From Candidatus Spongiisociaceae bacterium (GTDB lineage: Bacteria; Actinomycetota; Acidimicrobiia; Spongiisociales; Spongiisociaceae), in assembly GCA_965202665.1 (NCBI GenBank), contig OZ241841.1:1152001-1216000 (forward strand): 64,000 nucleotides of DNA, in the 5' to 3' direction. Below the pieces are notes generated by a model. The model saw only the letters and a list, made by a program, of their open reading frames with translations. It did no database searches and was not told the DNA's origin. Positions 49,100 through 59,260 of the stretch are shown in pieces (within the stretch, counting starts at the first letter, position 1; every line of letters begins with the position of its first letter). Both the position numbers and the translations under genes were made by a program.

Positions 49100-50970
49100 A
49101 ACCCGTTCCCGTCCGGGGGGCGGTCGGAGCGGTCGGGGTGGTCGGGGTGTTCTTCATAGGCGTCCACCAACTCCGCATAATGGGGCAAATCCGCATACAA
49201 CTGGTCGTGGGTTCCCCGCCCGGCCACCCGCCCTCCTTCCATGTACACCACCTGGTCGGCGCCCATGATGGAACCCCGGCGGTAGGCCGCGATCACCACT
49301 GTGGTGTCCAACCGGGACAGGCCGTCCAAGATGGTTCTTTCCACCGCCGGATCCACGGCCGAAGTGGCGTCGTCCAACACCAGCAACCGGGGGCGGCGGA
49401 TCAGGGCCCGGGCCAAAGCGATCCGCTGCCGCTGGCCGCCGGACAGGGCGGCCCCCCGCTCCCCCACCGTCGTTTCGTATCCGTCGGGCAACTCGGCGAT
49501 GAACTCTTCGGCGGCGGCCAGGCGGGCGGCCTCCTCCACCTGCGCCGCGTCGTAGTCGCCGCCCAAAGTGATGTTGTTGCGCACCGTGTCGTCGAACAGG
49601 AACGGCTCTTGGAACACCAGGGCGGCCGTCTCGGCCAAAGCGGCGCGTTCCAACTCGGGCAGGGGCGCGCCGTCCAACCGGATAGCGCCCGCATCCGGAT
49701 CGTAGAGGCGGGCCAGCAAGCCGGCCACGGTGGACTTGCCGGAACCGGTGGGGCCGACCAGGGCGACCGTGGACCCCGCCGCCGCCCGGAAAGAAACCTC
49801 CTCCACCCCCCGCCGCTCCTCCTCCGGGGCCTCCTCCTCCTCCGGACTGGGGGCGGGACGGTCGCCCAAATCGGACAGGTCGGTTTCGGGATGCAGGTAG
49901 GAAACGGCCCGCACCTCCACTTCCGCTCCCCCCTCCCCGGTCAGGCGGTCCTCCCCGTAGGAGGTACGTTCCCGCTCGGCCAGCACCGACTCCACCCGCC
50001 TCCACCCCGCCTCCGCCAAAGGCAACTGCCCCAGCAGCCAGGCGAAAATGCGCATGGGGACGGTTATCAGACGGAACAGATAGGCGAAAGCCACCAACGT
50101 GCCGGCGGTCATCAGGCCCTGATCCACCCGCCACGCCCCCACCCCCACCACCGCCAGCACCCCCAAAGTGGGCAGCGCCTCCATCACCGGGTCGAACACC
50201 GCCCGCAACCTGCCCACATCCACCATCCGGTTGCGCAGATCGTCCGACAGCACCCCGAACCGGGAAACTTCGGCGTTTTCCCGCCCCAGGGTTTTCACCA
50301 CCAGGGCGGCGTCGAACGACTCGTGGGCCACTTCCGCCACCTCCGCCCGCAAACGCTGGGCGCGGGCGGCCGCCACCGTCATCTTCCGTTGGTAAAACAG
50401 GTTGTTGGCCATAATCGCCGGGCCCACCGCCACCCCCACCAGGGCCAGAAACGGGTCGGTGATCAGCAACAGCACGGCGGTGACGGCCAGCATCACCGCC
50501 ACCCCCAGCGCCATCGGCAACGGGGCGGCGATGTGGGCGGCCGCTTCCACATCCGCCCCCACGTTGGAAATAAGCCGTCCGGTGGGATGGCGGCGGAACC
50601 ATTCCAAAGGCAGTTCCAAATAGCGGCCGGTGACTTCGGTGCGGTCCCGTTTCTCCAACTGGTACATCGCCAGGTAGGCCCCGTAGCGGCGGAACCCGAT
50701 GCCCACCCCCCGGATCACCCCCACCGCCATCAGCACCGCGACCGCCCCGACCAGGCTGGCCGTTGCGACGTCGCCCCGTTCGGCGGCGGGGATCAGCACC
50801 GCGTCGATCGCCCAACCTATGGCGTAGGAGGAAACTACGGTGGCGGCGGCGAAAACGAGGGTGGCGGTGAAACCGAGGGCGAACTGCGGTTTGGCCCGGC
50901 TCAGTTGGCGGCGGATCAGGGCCCAGTGGCGGGCGGCGCCGCCCGCCCCCGTTTTCGGCAGGTCGGTCAT
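49096..50970 (-). CDS. ABC transporter ATP-binding/permease subunit (heterodimer partner)
   Basis: TMD + GPTGSGKS, LSGGQRQR, LDDATS. Confidence 0.9.
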   Translation of the reverse strand: MTDLPKTGAGGAARHWALIRRQLSRAKPQFALGFTATLVFAAATVVSSYAIGWAIDAVLIPAAERGDVATASLVGAVAVLMAVGVIRGVGIGFRRYGAYLAMYQLEKRDRTEVTGRYLELPLEWFRRHPTGRLISNVGADVEAAAHIAAPLPMALGVAVMLAVTAVLLLITDPFLALVGVAVGPAIMANNLFYQRKMTVAAARAQRLRAEVAEVAHESFDAALVVKTLGRENAEVSRFGVLSDDLRNRMVDVGRLRAVFDPVMEALPTLGVLAVVGVGAWRVDQGLMTAGTLVAFAYLFRLITVPMRIFAWLLGQLPLAEAGWRRVESVLAERERTSYGEDRLTGEGGAEVEVRAVSYLHPETDLSDLGDRPAPSPEEEEAPEEERRGVEEVSFRAAAGSTVALVGPTGSGKSTVAGLLARLYDPDAGAIRLDGAPLPELERAALAETAALVFQEPFLFDDTVRNNITLGGDYDAAQVEEAARLAAAEEFIAELPDGYETTVGERGAALSGGQRQRIALARALIRRPRLLVLDDATSAVDPAVERTILDGLSRLDTTVVIAAYRRGSIMGADQVVYMEGGRVAGRGTHDQLYADLPHYAELVDAYEEHPDHPDRSDRPPDGNGL

Positions 50971-50979
50971 TCCGGTCGG

Positions 50980-52179
50980 TCAGCCGGCCAGGTGGGCCAA
51001 AGCCACCGCCGCGTGCAAAGCCACCCCGGCCGTCATCGCCTCTTCGTCGTACACCACCCGGTTGGAATGATTGGAGGGGGCTTCCCCCGGGGTGAGGCCG
51101 GGGGGGCAGGCACCCAGAAAAGCCATCGCCCCCGGCACTTCGGCCAAAACGTAGCTCCAGTCTTCGCCGCCCATCAGCGGGTCTTTCATCCGGCTCACCG
51201 CCTCCTCCCCCAGCAGTCTCCCGGCGACGGCGGTAACCAGTTCCGCGAAGTCCCGGTCGTTTATCGTGACCGGATAGCCGGGGATTATTTCAGCTTCCGC
51301 CCGCAGGCCGTGGGCGGCGGCGATGTTGGGAACCACCCGTTGCAGCAGGGCGTGCAGGTTGTCCCGGGTGGAGGCGGACAGGGCGCGGACGGTGCCTTTG
51401 ATTTCGGCGGTTTCGGGGATGATGTTGTGGGTGGTTCCGGCGTGTATGGAACCGAAAGTGATCACCCCCGGATCGAACACGTTGATGCGGCGGGTGACGG
51501 CCGTTTCCGCCGCCAACACGATTTCCGCCGCCACCGGCACCGGGTCCAGCGACACGGACGGCATGGAAGCGTGGCCGCCTTTGCCGATGACCGTGATCAT
51601 CACCTCGTCGGCGGAGGCCAGTTGCGGACCGGGGCGGAGATGGACGGTTCCGGACGGAAACCAGCCGGTGACGTGCAGGGCGAACGCCCCGGTGGGCCGC
51701 TCCCCCGCCGCCTCCAGCAAGCCTTCCTCCAGCATGCATCGGGCGCCGAAAAACCCTTCCTCACCGGGTTGGAACATGAAAATCACGGCGCCGGGGAGGT
51801 CGTCTTTCAGGTCGGAGAGCAGATGGGCGGCGCCGGCCAGCATGGCGGTATGCATGTCGTGTCCGCAGGCGTGCATCGCCTCCTCCCGCCGACTGGCGAA
51901 CGGCAACCCGGTTTCTTCGGTGAGGGGAAGGGCGTCCATGTCGCCCCGTAGAATGATGGCCGGGCCGGGTTTCCCGCCCCGCAGGACGGCGGCCACCCCG
52001 CTGGTGCTCTCGTGAAGGTTGATTTCCAGCGGCAACCCGTCCAAAGATTCCAGCACCCGGGCCCGGGTTTCGGGCAGAAAGTTGCCAATCTCCGGAAAAC
52101 GGTGCAGGTCGCGCCGCAAATCCACCACCAAAGGGGTCTTCTCCCGGGCTTTAGCCAGCAAGTCCAGCAAGTCGTTCAT
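50980..52179 (-). CDS. M20D amidohydrolase (hippurate hydrolase-like)
   Basis: LHRFPE, RGDMDALP, MHACGHD, FQPGEE, GGHAS, EDWS. Confidence 0.9.
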   Translation of the reverse strand: MNDLLDLLAKAREKTPLVVDLRRDLHRFPEIGNFLPETRARVLESLDGLPLEINLHESTSGVAAVLRGGKPGPAIILRGDMDALPLTEETGLPFASRREEAMHACGHDMHTAMLAGAAHLLSDLKDDLPGAVIFMFQPGEEGFFGARCMLEEGLLEAAGERPTGAFALHVTGWFPSGTVHLRPGPQLASADEVMITVIGKGGHASMPSVSLDPVPVAAEIVLAAETAVTRRINVFDPGVITFGSIHAGTTHNIIPETAEIKGTVRALSASTRDNLHALLQRVVPNIAAAHGLRAEAEIIPGYPVTINDRDFAELVTAVAGRLLGEEAVSRMKDPLMGGEDWSYVLAEVPGAMAFLGACPPGLTPGEAPSNHSNRVVYDEEAMTAGVALHAAVALAHLAG

Positions 52180-52211
52180 ACCCCCAGCCTAACCGCCGCC
52201 CGCCCTTACCC

Positions 52212-53832
52212 GGCTCTTCGGATTTAAGGGGGTGTGCTGGGGGTTGGGGAGCGTTGAGACAGCGGGGGGTAAGGCTGGGGGGACGGCCGCGGTACGGGGA
52301 ATGCGGGGGCGGGCTGCTGAGCAAGGGCTGGAAGAGGGTACGGATGGTGGATCTGCCCAGTTTCGGACGGTGGGTGCGGCTGGTGCGACGGAAACGTCGT
52401 GGGAGGCGTCCCGATGCGGGGTGCGGGGTGGGATCGTTTACGAAAAAGACTGATTGAATAGGCGGCGGAGGAGCTGGGTTGCGCCTGGCGCACCGTGGCG
52501 AAAGAGGTGAACCGGGGGGGAAGCCATGTTGGAAGCTGACCAAGAACGGGTGGGGGGAGCGAAGGCTTTGGGGTTGGACGAGACCCTGTTCCTCCGGCTG
52601 GGCCTTCGCCGCTGGCGGATGTGGGCGGCCTCGACGGCGGACATCCGCAACCGCCGATTGATCGAGGTTTTTGGGGTCATTCGCGATTTGTGGCGGAGGT
52701 GGGATGCTTTGTTTTTGAGGCGGGGCTCGCTGAAACAGGTGTTGTAAATGTCACCAATTCAAGGAGGCCTCGTATGTTGGATGTGGGTGTGCGGTTGAGG
52801 GAGGTGCGGGTTTTGGAGGTAGCGGAGGACGGAGCGGGGAGGCTGGCGTTGCGGGTGGCGGCGGTTGAGGGATGGTCGGTTCGCCCGGTGTGCGGGGCGG
52901 ATTGCCGGTGGGTGCGGGATCTCCCGACCCGGTGGGGTTGGTGGGTGTTGAGGTGGTGGGGATGCGGTTGGTGGGGAGGCCGCGGTGCGGGGGGTGCGGG
53001 GGCGGGGTGTTGAGTAAGGGTTGGAGGAGGGCGCGGTTGGTGGATCAGGCCTGTTTCGGCCGGGCGGCACTTCTGGAGTGGTCCAAACGCCGGTGGCGTT
53101 GTCCTGATACGGGGTGCGGGGTGGGGTCGTTTACGGAGCAGGACCCGCGGATAGCCCCGGTGCGGGCCCGGTTGACTTCTCGGGCGGCTCGGTGGGCGAC
53201 GCGGCGGGTGGGCCGGGGGCGGACGCTGTCGGAGGTGGCGGAGGAGCTGGGTTGCCCGCGGCATACGGTGTCCAAGGAGGTGAACCGGTGGGGGGAAGCC
53301 CTGCTGGAAGCCGGGACCGGGTGGGGATAGTGGAGAATTTGGGGCGGCGGAGATGTGGATTACCGCGGCGGTGGACATCCGCAACCGCCGGCTGATCGAC
53401 GTTTTCCCAGAAAAAAGACGCTAAAGGAGCCATCCGCTGGCTGCTTGCTCAGCCGGCCGGGTGGCGGAGAAAATACAATGGGCCCTCCCCGACCTGTCCG
53501 GAGCTTATCGGGCCGCCTACCGCCAGGCGCTGCCCCACGCCGTCCAGATCGCCGACCCGTTCCACGTCGTCCGACTAGCCAACCTGCGCCTGGACCGGGT
53601 GCGCCGCCGCGTGCAAAAAACCCTGGGACACCGCGGAAGAAAACACGACGACCTCTACCGTATACGCAAACCTGCTTACCCTGGCCCGCGAGCGACTCGA
53701 CCCCCGCAGCGAACAAAAACTGACCGGCCTCCTCCAAGCAGGAAACCCCCGCGGAGAAGTACGCGACGCTTGGCACGCTGAAGAAACCGTCCGGGGAATC
53801 TGTCCCCCTCCCTAAAACCCGAAGGCGGGCCC
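52212..53832 (+). mobile_element. Two tandem/nested degenerate ISL3-family elements
   Basis: IR-like ggctcttcggattt (52212) and gggtcattcgcgattt (~52674); fragments W.KRRWRCPD..C...FTE, GLDET, DLSGAY..ADPFHVV. Confidence 0.75.
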
Positions 53833-53877
53833 CTTATGTTGCCGGTTGGTTCGCCTGCTGAAATCCCGCGACGGCCG

Positions 53878-54378
53878 CTACCGGCCGTGGGTTTCGGCGT
53901 GGGTCAGGTCGGCTAGCGGTTTGCGGCCGCCGAAACGGGCCGGGCGGGCTTCGGGGGACGGATAGCCCAAAGCCACCGCGTAGCGGCACCGGGAGCCGTC
54001 CGGCAGTTCCAGTGCCCGGGCCGCATCCTCCTCCCGATGCAAAGTGATGGGGCAGGAGGCGACTCCCACAGCGGCGGCGGCCAGCATGATGTTCTGCGCC
54101 AAACGGCCTGTGTCGAACTCGTAGCCTTCCGGTTCCCGCACCAAGGCCAGCGTGAGCGGGGCGGCCCGCACCGGGCCGGTGAAATCACCGCATTCGGCCA
54201 ATCGCTCAATCCGGGACGGATCCCGCACCACGATCACCGACCAGTTCTGCCGGTTTTTGGAACTCCCCGTCCAGCGGGCCGCCTCCAAAATCCGTTGCAG
54301 GTGGTCGTCCCGCACCGGACGCTTCTCAAACGAACGGATGGCCCGCAGGCCGAGCAGAAGGTTGTAAAGTTGTTCCAT
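53878..54378 (-). CDS. Nitroreductase family protein
   Basis: RAIRSF, ARWTGSSKNRQNW, AQNIMLAA, LGYP. Confidence 0.88.
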   Translation of the reverse strand: MEQLYNLLLGLRAIRSFEKRPVRDDHLQRILEAARWTGSSKNRQNWSVIVVRDPSRIERLAECGDFTGPVRAAPLTLALVREPEGYEFDTGRLAQNIMLAAAAVGVASCPITLHREEDAARALELPDGSRCRYAVALGYPSPEARPARFGGRKPLADLTHAETHGR

Positions 54379-54455
54379 AGGCTTGACGATAACCGCCCGG
54401 CGCCGCCTCTGCTAAACCGGCGCCCCCGGCGGCTGGGAGAACCGGGGAGGAGACG

Positions 54456-56168
54456 ATGATCCTGTTCTCTTTTGTGGTATTTCTTTTCCTGGCGCCCCTT
54501 TCCCTGCTCGGATTGGTGTTTTGGCTGGCGATACGGGGCCGGACGGGGGAGGGCCCGACCATCGCCCGCCGCTTTTTCCAATATCTGCTGCTGTATGCGC
54601 TGGTTGTCCTGACCGGGGAGGGAGTGGCCCTGTTGCTAGCCGAATGGTGGCCGGGCGCCTCCGGCCAGCAGGATCTGTTCTACCAGTTCGATTTGGCCGG
54701 GGCGGTAGCGCAGGCCGTAGTGGGCTTGCCCGCCCTAGCCGCGGTGATGGTGTGGGTGCGCCGGACTTTGCGTTCGCCGGAGGAACGTTCCGCCGCCGCG
54801 TGGCGCATTTACCTGGCGGGGGCGGCCCTGAGCGGCCTGGTCGCCGTCGCCTTCTACGGCTTTCTCCTGGCGGAATCATTAACCGGCCTAACCGAATTCC
54901 GACCCGAATACGCCGCCAACCTGGCGGTGTGGGGGACGGTGTGGCTGATCCATTTCCGCCTGTCCGCCCGGGCCCGGCACGCCGGGCCGTTGCGGGCGGG
55001 GGCGTTTATCGGGGCTCTGATCGGCCTGTGGGTGATGGGATGGGGGATCTGGCGGACGGGGGAGCAGTTGCTGGATTTGGCCTTTCGGGAAATCAGCGGG
55101 GCGGTCGGGGAAGAAAATTTCAGGGACAACATTCTGCGGGCGGCCTCCGGGGCGGTGATCGGGGGGCTCATCTGGGTCAGATATTGGGTGACGATTGTGT
55201 CCGGCATGGAACGGGACCGGGTGTGGCGGGGGTCGGTGTGGCTGGCGGGGGCGCTGTCCGGGCTGGCCGCCTGCCTGGCCGGGGCGTGGAGGTTGCTGGC
55301 TTTGGGTTTGGAATGGCTGTTCGGAGCGGCGGAAGGCGGGGCGGCGGGGCATTTTGCGGAAGCCCCGGGGATGGTTTCTTTAGCAGTGGTGGGGGCGGCG
55401 GTTTGGTTTTACACCCGGCGGGCGGTCCGCCTCCGACCCGGCGACCGGCGGGACGAGGCGGATCGGCTGTACGACTACGCCGGGGCGGGCCTGGCTTTGG
55501 CGGGGGCGGTCATCGGGGCGGCGGTGGGGCTGTCGGCCCTGACAGAGTGGGTTTTGCCCGCCGGGGCGGTCGAAGGGGAATACCGCGTGGGTTTGGCCGG
55601 GGGGCTGGGTTTGCTGGCGGCGTGGGGTCCGATGTGGGTCGTCTTCTGGAGGCGGGCGCAACGATACGGTTCCGTCAACCCCGACCGGGAACTGGTTTCC
55701 CCGGTGCGGCGGGTGTATCTGGTGATGCTGTTCGGGGTGGGCGGGTTGGCGGTTTTGGGAAGTTTGCTGTCCGCCGCCTATTTGGCCGCGGAGGATGTCC
55801 TGGCCGGGAATTGGGGGTGGCCCACTTTAGACCGCGTCCGCACCGCTTTGGTTTTTCTGCCGGTGGCGGGGACGGCGGCCCGTTATCACCAGGCGGTGCG
55901 CCGCTCCGACCGCCGCCGCGCCCCCGCCGAGGCGGACGAGTCGGACGAAGGGGTGATGATGGCGGTGCTGGTTTCCGCCGCGGGCGGCGCGGTGGCCGAA
56001 GAAGTGGAGAAGCAGACCGGGGTGCGGTTGTGGGTGTGGGACAGCCCGCAGGCCGGGGAAGTTTCGGCGGAGGAAGTGATCGCCGCCATCGACCGGGCGG
56101 AAGGCCGGCGCCTGCTGATTGTGGCCGCCGACCCCGAACCGCTCGTCATCCCTTTCACCACCGCCTGA
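54456..56168 (+). CDS. Multi-pass membrane protein (DUF5671-like)
   Basis: RBS GGAGG; many TM segments; RRFFQYLLLY, VRRVYL. Confidence 0.7.
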   Translation: MILFSFVVFLFLAPLSLLGLVFWLAIRGRTGEGPTIARRFFQYLLLYALVVLTGEGVALLLAEWWPGASGQQDLFYQFDLAGAVAQAVVGLPALAAVMVWVRRTLRSPEERSAAAWRIYLAGAALSGLVAVAFYGFLLAESLTGLTEFRPEYAANLAVWGTVWLIHFRLSARARHAGPLRAGAFIGALIGLWVMGWGIWRTGEQLLDLAFREISGAVGEENFRDNILRAASGAVIGGLIWVRYWVTIVSGMERDRVWRGSVWLAGALSGLAACLAGAWRLLALGLEWLFGAAEGGAAGHFAEAPGMVSLAVVGAAVWFYTRRAVRLRPGDRRDEADRLYDYAGAGLALAGAVIGAAVGLSALTEWVLPAGAVEGEYRVGLAGGLGLLAAWGPMWVVFWRRAQRYGSVNPDRELVSPVRRVYLVMLFGVGGLAVLGSLLSAAYLAAEDVLAGNWGWPTLDRVRTALVFLPVAGTAARYHQAVRRSDRRRAPAEADESDEGVMMAVLVSAAGGAVAEEVEKQTGVRLWVWDSPQAGEVSAEEVIAAIDRAEGRRLLIVAADPEPLVIPFTTA

Positions 56169-56194
56169 CCCGCCCCGTTCGCTATTTTTGGGGA

Positions 56195-56461
56195 ATGTGC
56201 AGAAACATCCGGCCTTTGAACAACTACCATCCGCCCGCCTCCGACGAGGAAGTGGTGGCGGCGGCTACGCAGTTCGTGCGCAAAGTGGCGGGAACCCGCC
56301 GCCCTTCGCTCCGCAACCGGGAGCCGTTCGAACGGGCGGTGGCCGACATCACCGCCGCCACCCGCCTGCTGATCGACTCGCTGGTCACCTCCGCCCCACC
56401 CAAAAACTGGGAGGAAGAGGCGGCCAAAGCGCAAGCCCGAGCCGCCGCCCGCCGCCGCTAG
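56195..56461 (+). CDS. DUF2277 family small protein
   Basis: MCRNIRPLNNYHPPASDEEVVAAATQFVRKV. Confidence 0.85.
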   Translation: MCRNIRPLNNYHPPASDEEVVAAATQFVRKVAGTRRPSLRNREPFERAVADITAATRLLIDSLVTSAPPKNWEEEAAKAQARAAARRR

Positions 56462-56464
56462 CGA

Positions 56465-57613
56465 CCCCCCCCCCCCCTACCTTTGTCTTATCGGCTTTGA
56501 GTTTATTCTTGGCCGGTCGCTCGGCATAGCGGGCAGGGCTGTCCCTCCCTTGTCATGCGGATGAGGCGATCGCGCCGGTGAGCGTACCAAGTAAGCGACT
56601 TCGGGAAGGAACCGGAGACGAAGGGCGATCGGCCGCAGATAGGAGTGTTGGCGGGTGTGGATGTGGGCAAGGAACGACATCGGGCGCAAGCCCTGACCGC
56701 GGACGGGGAGCCGCTGTTTGAGGGTTCGGTCGGCAACGACCCGGCCGCGGTGGAGGAACTGCTGGACCAGGTGGTGGCCGCCGCCGGGGAGGAACATACC
56801 CCGTTGGTGGTGGTGGATATGATCTCCGGCGGGGCGGTGTTGCTACTGGCGGCCACTGAACGGCGGGGGATACCGGTGGCTTATGTGACCGGGTTGCGGA
56901 TGCGCCGAGCCGCCCAACTATACGACGGCACGGCTAAAACGGATCCGAAAGACGCCTGGGTTCTAGCTGACTACGCCCGACGCAACCTCGACCGGCTCAA
57001 CGTCGTGCAGGCAACCGATCAGCAGTTGGCTCGTATGCGGGCGTTGAACGGACACGACGAAGACCTGGCCGCCGATCAAAAGGGGATCGTCAACCGTCTC
57101 CGGGAAGCGCTGCTCAGCACCCGCCCCGGCCTGGAACGGGTTATCGGCAACCGGTTGGCCAGTCCCGGAATCTTGGACGTTCTTCGTAAATATCCGACCA
57201 TCGGGCAACTGCGGCGAGCGGGCCGGGCCCGCTTTCCGCAACCTTATTCACAAACGGTCTCCCCGCCTGTCGGACAAAGCCGCCCCTCTTATCTGGGAAG
57301 CGGTGAAATCCCAACCCATGGAACTTCCCGCCGCGGAAGCCTGGGCCCAGATCATCCCCAACCTCGCCGACGCCCTCGACCGAACAGGCAACAAACGGCT
57401 CAAAAACGCCATGCACCAAGCCGCCTTCGTCGCCATCCGAAACGACCCCCACGCCCAACCCTGCCAAACCAAACGCGACCAAGGCAAAAACCACCGCACC
57501 GCCCCCCGCCGCCGTCACCCGCCGACACAGCACACATCATCCTCACCATGCTCAAAACCCAAACCCCCAACACCAACCCAACACAACTTGACAAACAGAC
57601 AGGAACACCCCCC
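56465..57613 (+). mobile_element. IS110-family element with disrupted transposase (56645 onward)
   Basis: GVDVGKERH, VVVD, AKTDPKDA (DEDD); frameshift near 57235; deleted C-terminus (GNKRLKNAMHQAAF); C-rich ends. Confidence 0.8.
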
Positions 57614-57640
57614 AACCCCCGCAACCTCGGGGGCTTGTTT

Positions 57641-58030
57641 AGGTGTGCTTGGCCGGGACGTTGGTGACGGTTTGGTTGTTGCATAGGTGAAGACCTCCTG
57701 GTGTTATAGGAAATGAAAAGCACCCTGTAGCACGGCGGAGGTCTTCGGGATGCATGGTAACGCAAGGTCGTCGCCTTGGTACGTTTGGGGATGGCATTGC
57801 GGGCGGGACCGGTTCGGTTGTCGGCGTTCACGGGGCGCCGGAGTGGTCGATCAGCCGTATCCTCCGCCGCCATGACCGACAACCACTGCAGATACATCCG
57901 CAACCGCCGGGTCGCCGTCCTGCTCATCCAACACCACATCCGCCATATCACGATCAAAGCCGTATCATTCCCAGCAAAACGGCAAAGTAGAACAATACAA
58001 CCAAAGCCCCAAACCAAACCCCCAACCACG
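57641..58030 (+). mobile_element. Internally deleted IS481-family remnant
   Basis: tgtgcttggccgggacgttggtgac end, gaagacctcc..ggaggtcttc inverted repeat, MHGNA start, YHSQQNGKVEQYN fragment. Confidence 0.72.
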
Positions 58031-58451
58031 ATTCTTGTTCCCGCCATACGTGCTGAGAGACACCTTTCGCCAACAATTCGTGGCAGTGGTTGCGGTCGGC
58101 CTGCTCGTGTTTGGAAAGGTTCTCCGTGTACATCCGCCGGGAGGAGCCGGGCATCCGCCTGCTGTGTTTCTCGGCCATCCCCACCTCTTTCCCCTCCCAA
58201 AAAATCCTCCCCCCGAACGGCCCTGAATATCTCATCTCCGCCGCTTTCTCCCCGCATTGCACCATTATCGGACAAGCGCCGCACCAGGTTTGTATGCCAC
58301 GCGCCACGGCATCGTCGTGTTCGTCCAAAGACAACGCCCTCCCCCCCGCGTTACGGGAAGGATAAAGGTCGCGTTGGGCGTTGACGTTTTGGAAACAGGC
58401 GCCGCCTTGTTGGAACTCCGGCAAAGAACCCAAATCCACTAGGTCTTCCAT
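57954..58451 (-). CDS. Divergent WhiB-like protein, paralog 2 (3' end overlaps IS481 remnant)
   Basis: C-x37-C-x2-C-x5-C-x10-GPFGG; PG..RRMYT.NL..HE shared with 38998-39552. Confidence 0.65.
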   Translation of the reverse strand: MEDLVDLGSLPEFQQGGACFQNVNAQRDLYPSRNAGGRALSLDEHDDAVARGIQTWCGACPIMVQCGEKAAEMRYSGPFGGRIFWEGKEVGMAEKHSRRMPGSSRRMYTENLSKHEQADRNHCHELLAKGVSQHVWREQESWLGVWFGALVVLFYFAVLLGMIRL

Positions 58452-58576
58452 ATCCCATCAGGTTACATAACGCGGTTTAGCAGATTGAGTGCTATGGCTG
58501 AATGGATGAAACTGGCGCCGGTTCTGGTCGCCGCCCGCCGCCGGTAGCGGAACCCAAACAGCCCCAGGGCCCTCGG

Positions 58577-59260
58577 TTAGGAGGAGCGGTGACTTCCTCT
58601 TAGGCGGCTCAGGTCTTCGGGGGTGTCGATGTCGGCGGGGGGCATGCTGGAAATGGGGACCTCCTCCACCCATCCCGGATGGGCGGCCAACAGGTTGCGG
58701 GCCCCCTGATCCCCTTTCAGGCCGACGATCAGGCGGGACCACAAGGTGCGGGCGACCAGCACCGGATGGCCCCGCACGTAGCGGTAGCGGGGAACGACCA
58801 CCGGTTTGCCGGAAGCGAACTGCGCGGCCAGCAACCGGGCCACCGCATCCGCATCAACCCGGGGTTGGTCGCCCAAAAAAATCAGGACCCGTTGCAAAAA
58901 ACGGTCGGCCAGCAAAGAATCCAATCCCGCCCGGATGGACGAAGCGATCCCCTCCCGCCAACCCAGATTTTCCACCACCGTCGTCCCCGACAGGTCCACC
59001 TGTTCCATGATTTGTTCGCAGCGGGCCCCCAGCACCGCCGTCACCGGGCCCACCCCGGCCAAGTCCCGCACCTGCTCCAACACGTACTGCAACAGGGGCC
59101 TCCCCTCCCAGTCCAACAACTGTTTGGGCTCCCCCAACCGGCGGGAGCGGCCGGCGGCCAGCACCAAGGCGGCCGTGCGGGACGGGTCGGGATCCGGGGG
59201 GGAACCGGCGTGGAAGCCCGTGGAACCATCAGGGGGCGGGCCGCCCGCGGGTTCGGTCAC
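58577..59260 (-). CDS. Molybdenum cofactor cytidylyltransferase (MocA-like)
   Basis: LAAGRSRRLGEPKQLL, GIASSI, GDQP, GHPV, GDQGAR, DIDTPED; GTG overlaps upstream stop. Confidence 0.85.
   Translation of the reverse strand: MTEPAGGPPPDGSTGFHAGSPPDPDPSRTAALVLAAGRSRRLGEPKQLLDWEGRPLLQYVLEQVRDLAGVGPVTAVLGARCEQIMEQVDLSGTTVVENLGWREGIASSIRAGLDSLLADRFLQRVLIFLGDQPRVDADAVARLLAAQFASGKPVVVPRYRYVRGHPVLVARTLWSRLIVGLKGDQGARNLLAAHPGWVEEVPISSMPPADIDTPEDLSRLRGSHRSS

Noticed and set aside
31119-51951. Long ORFs 31119-34091, 35851-38034, 47285-49159, 49138-51951
   Set aside because: Antisense or alternate-frame artefacts of high GC over clearly identified genes
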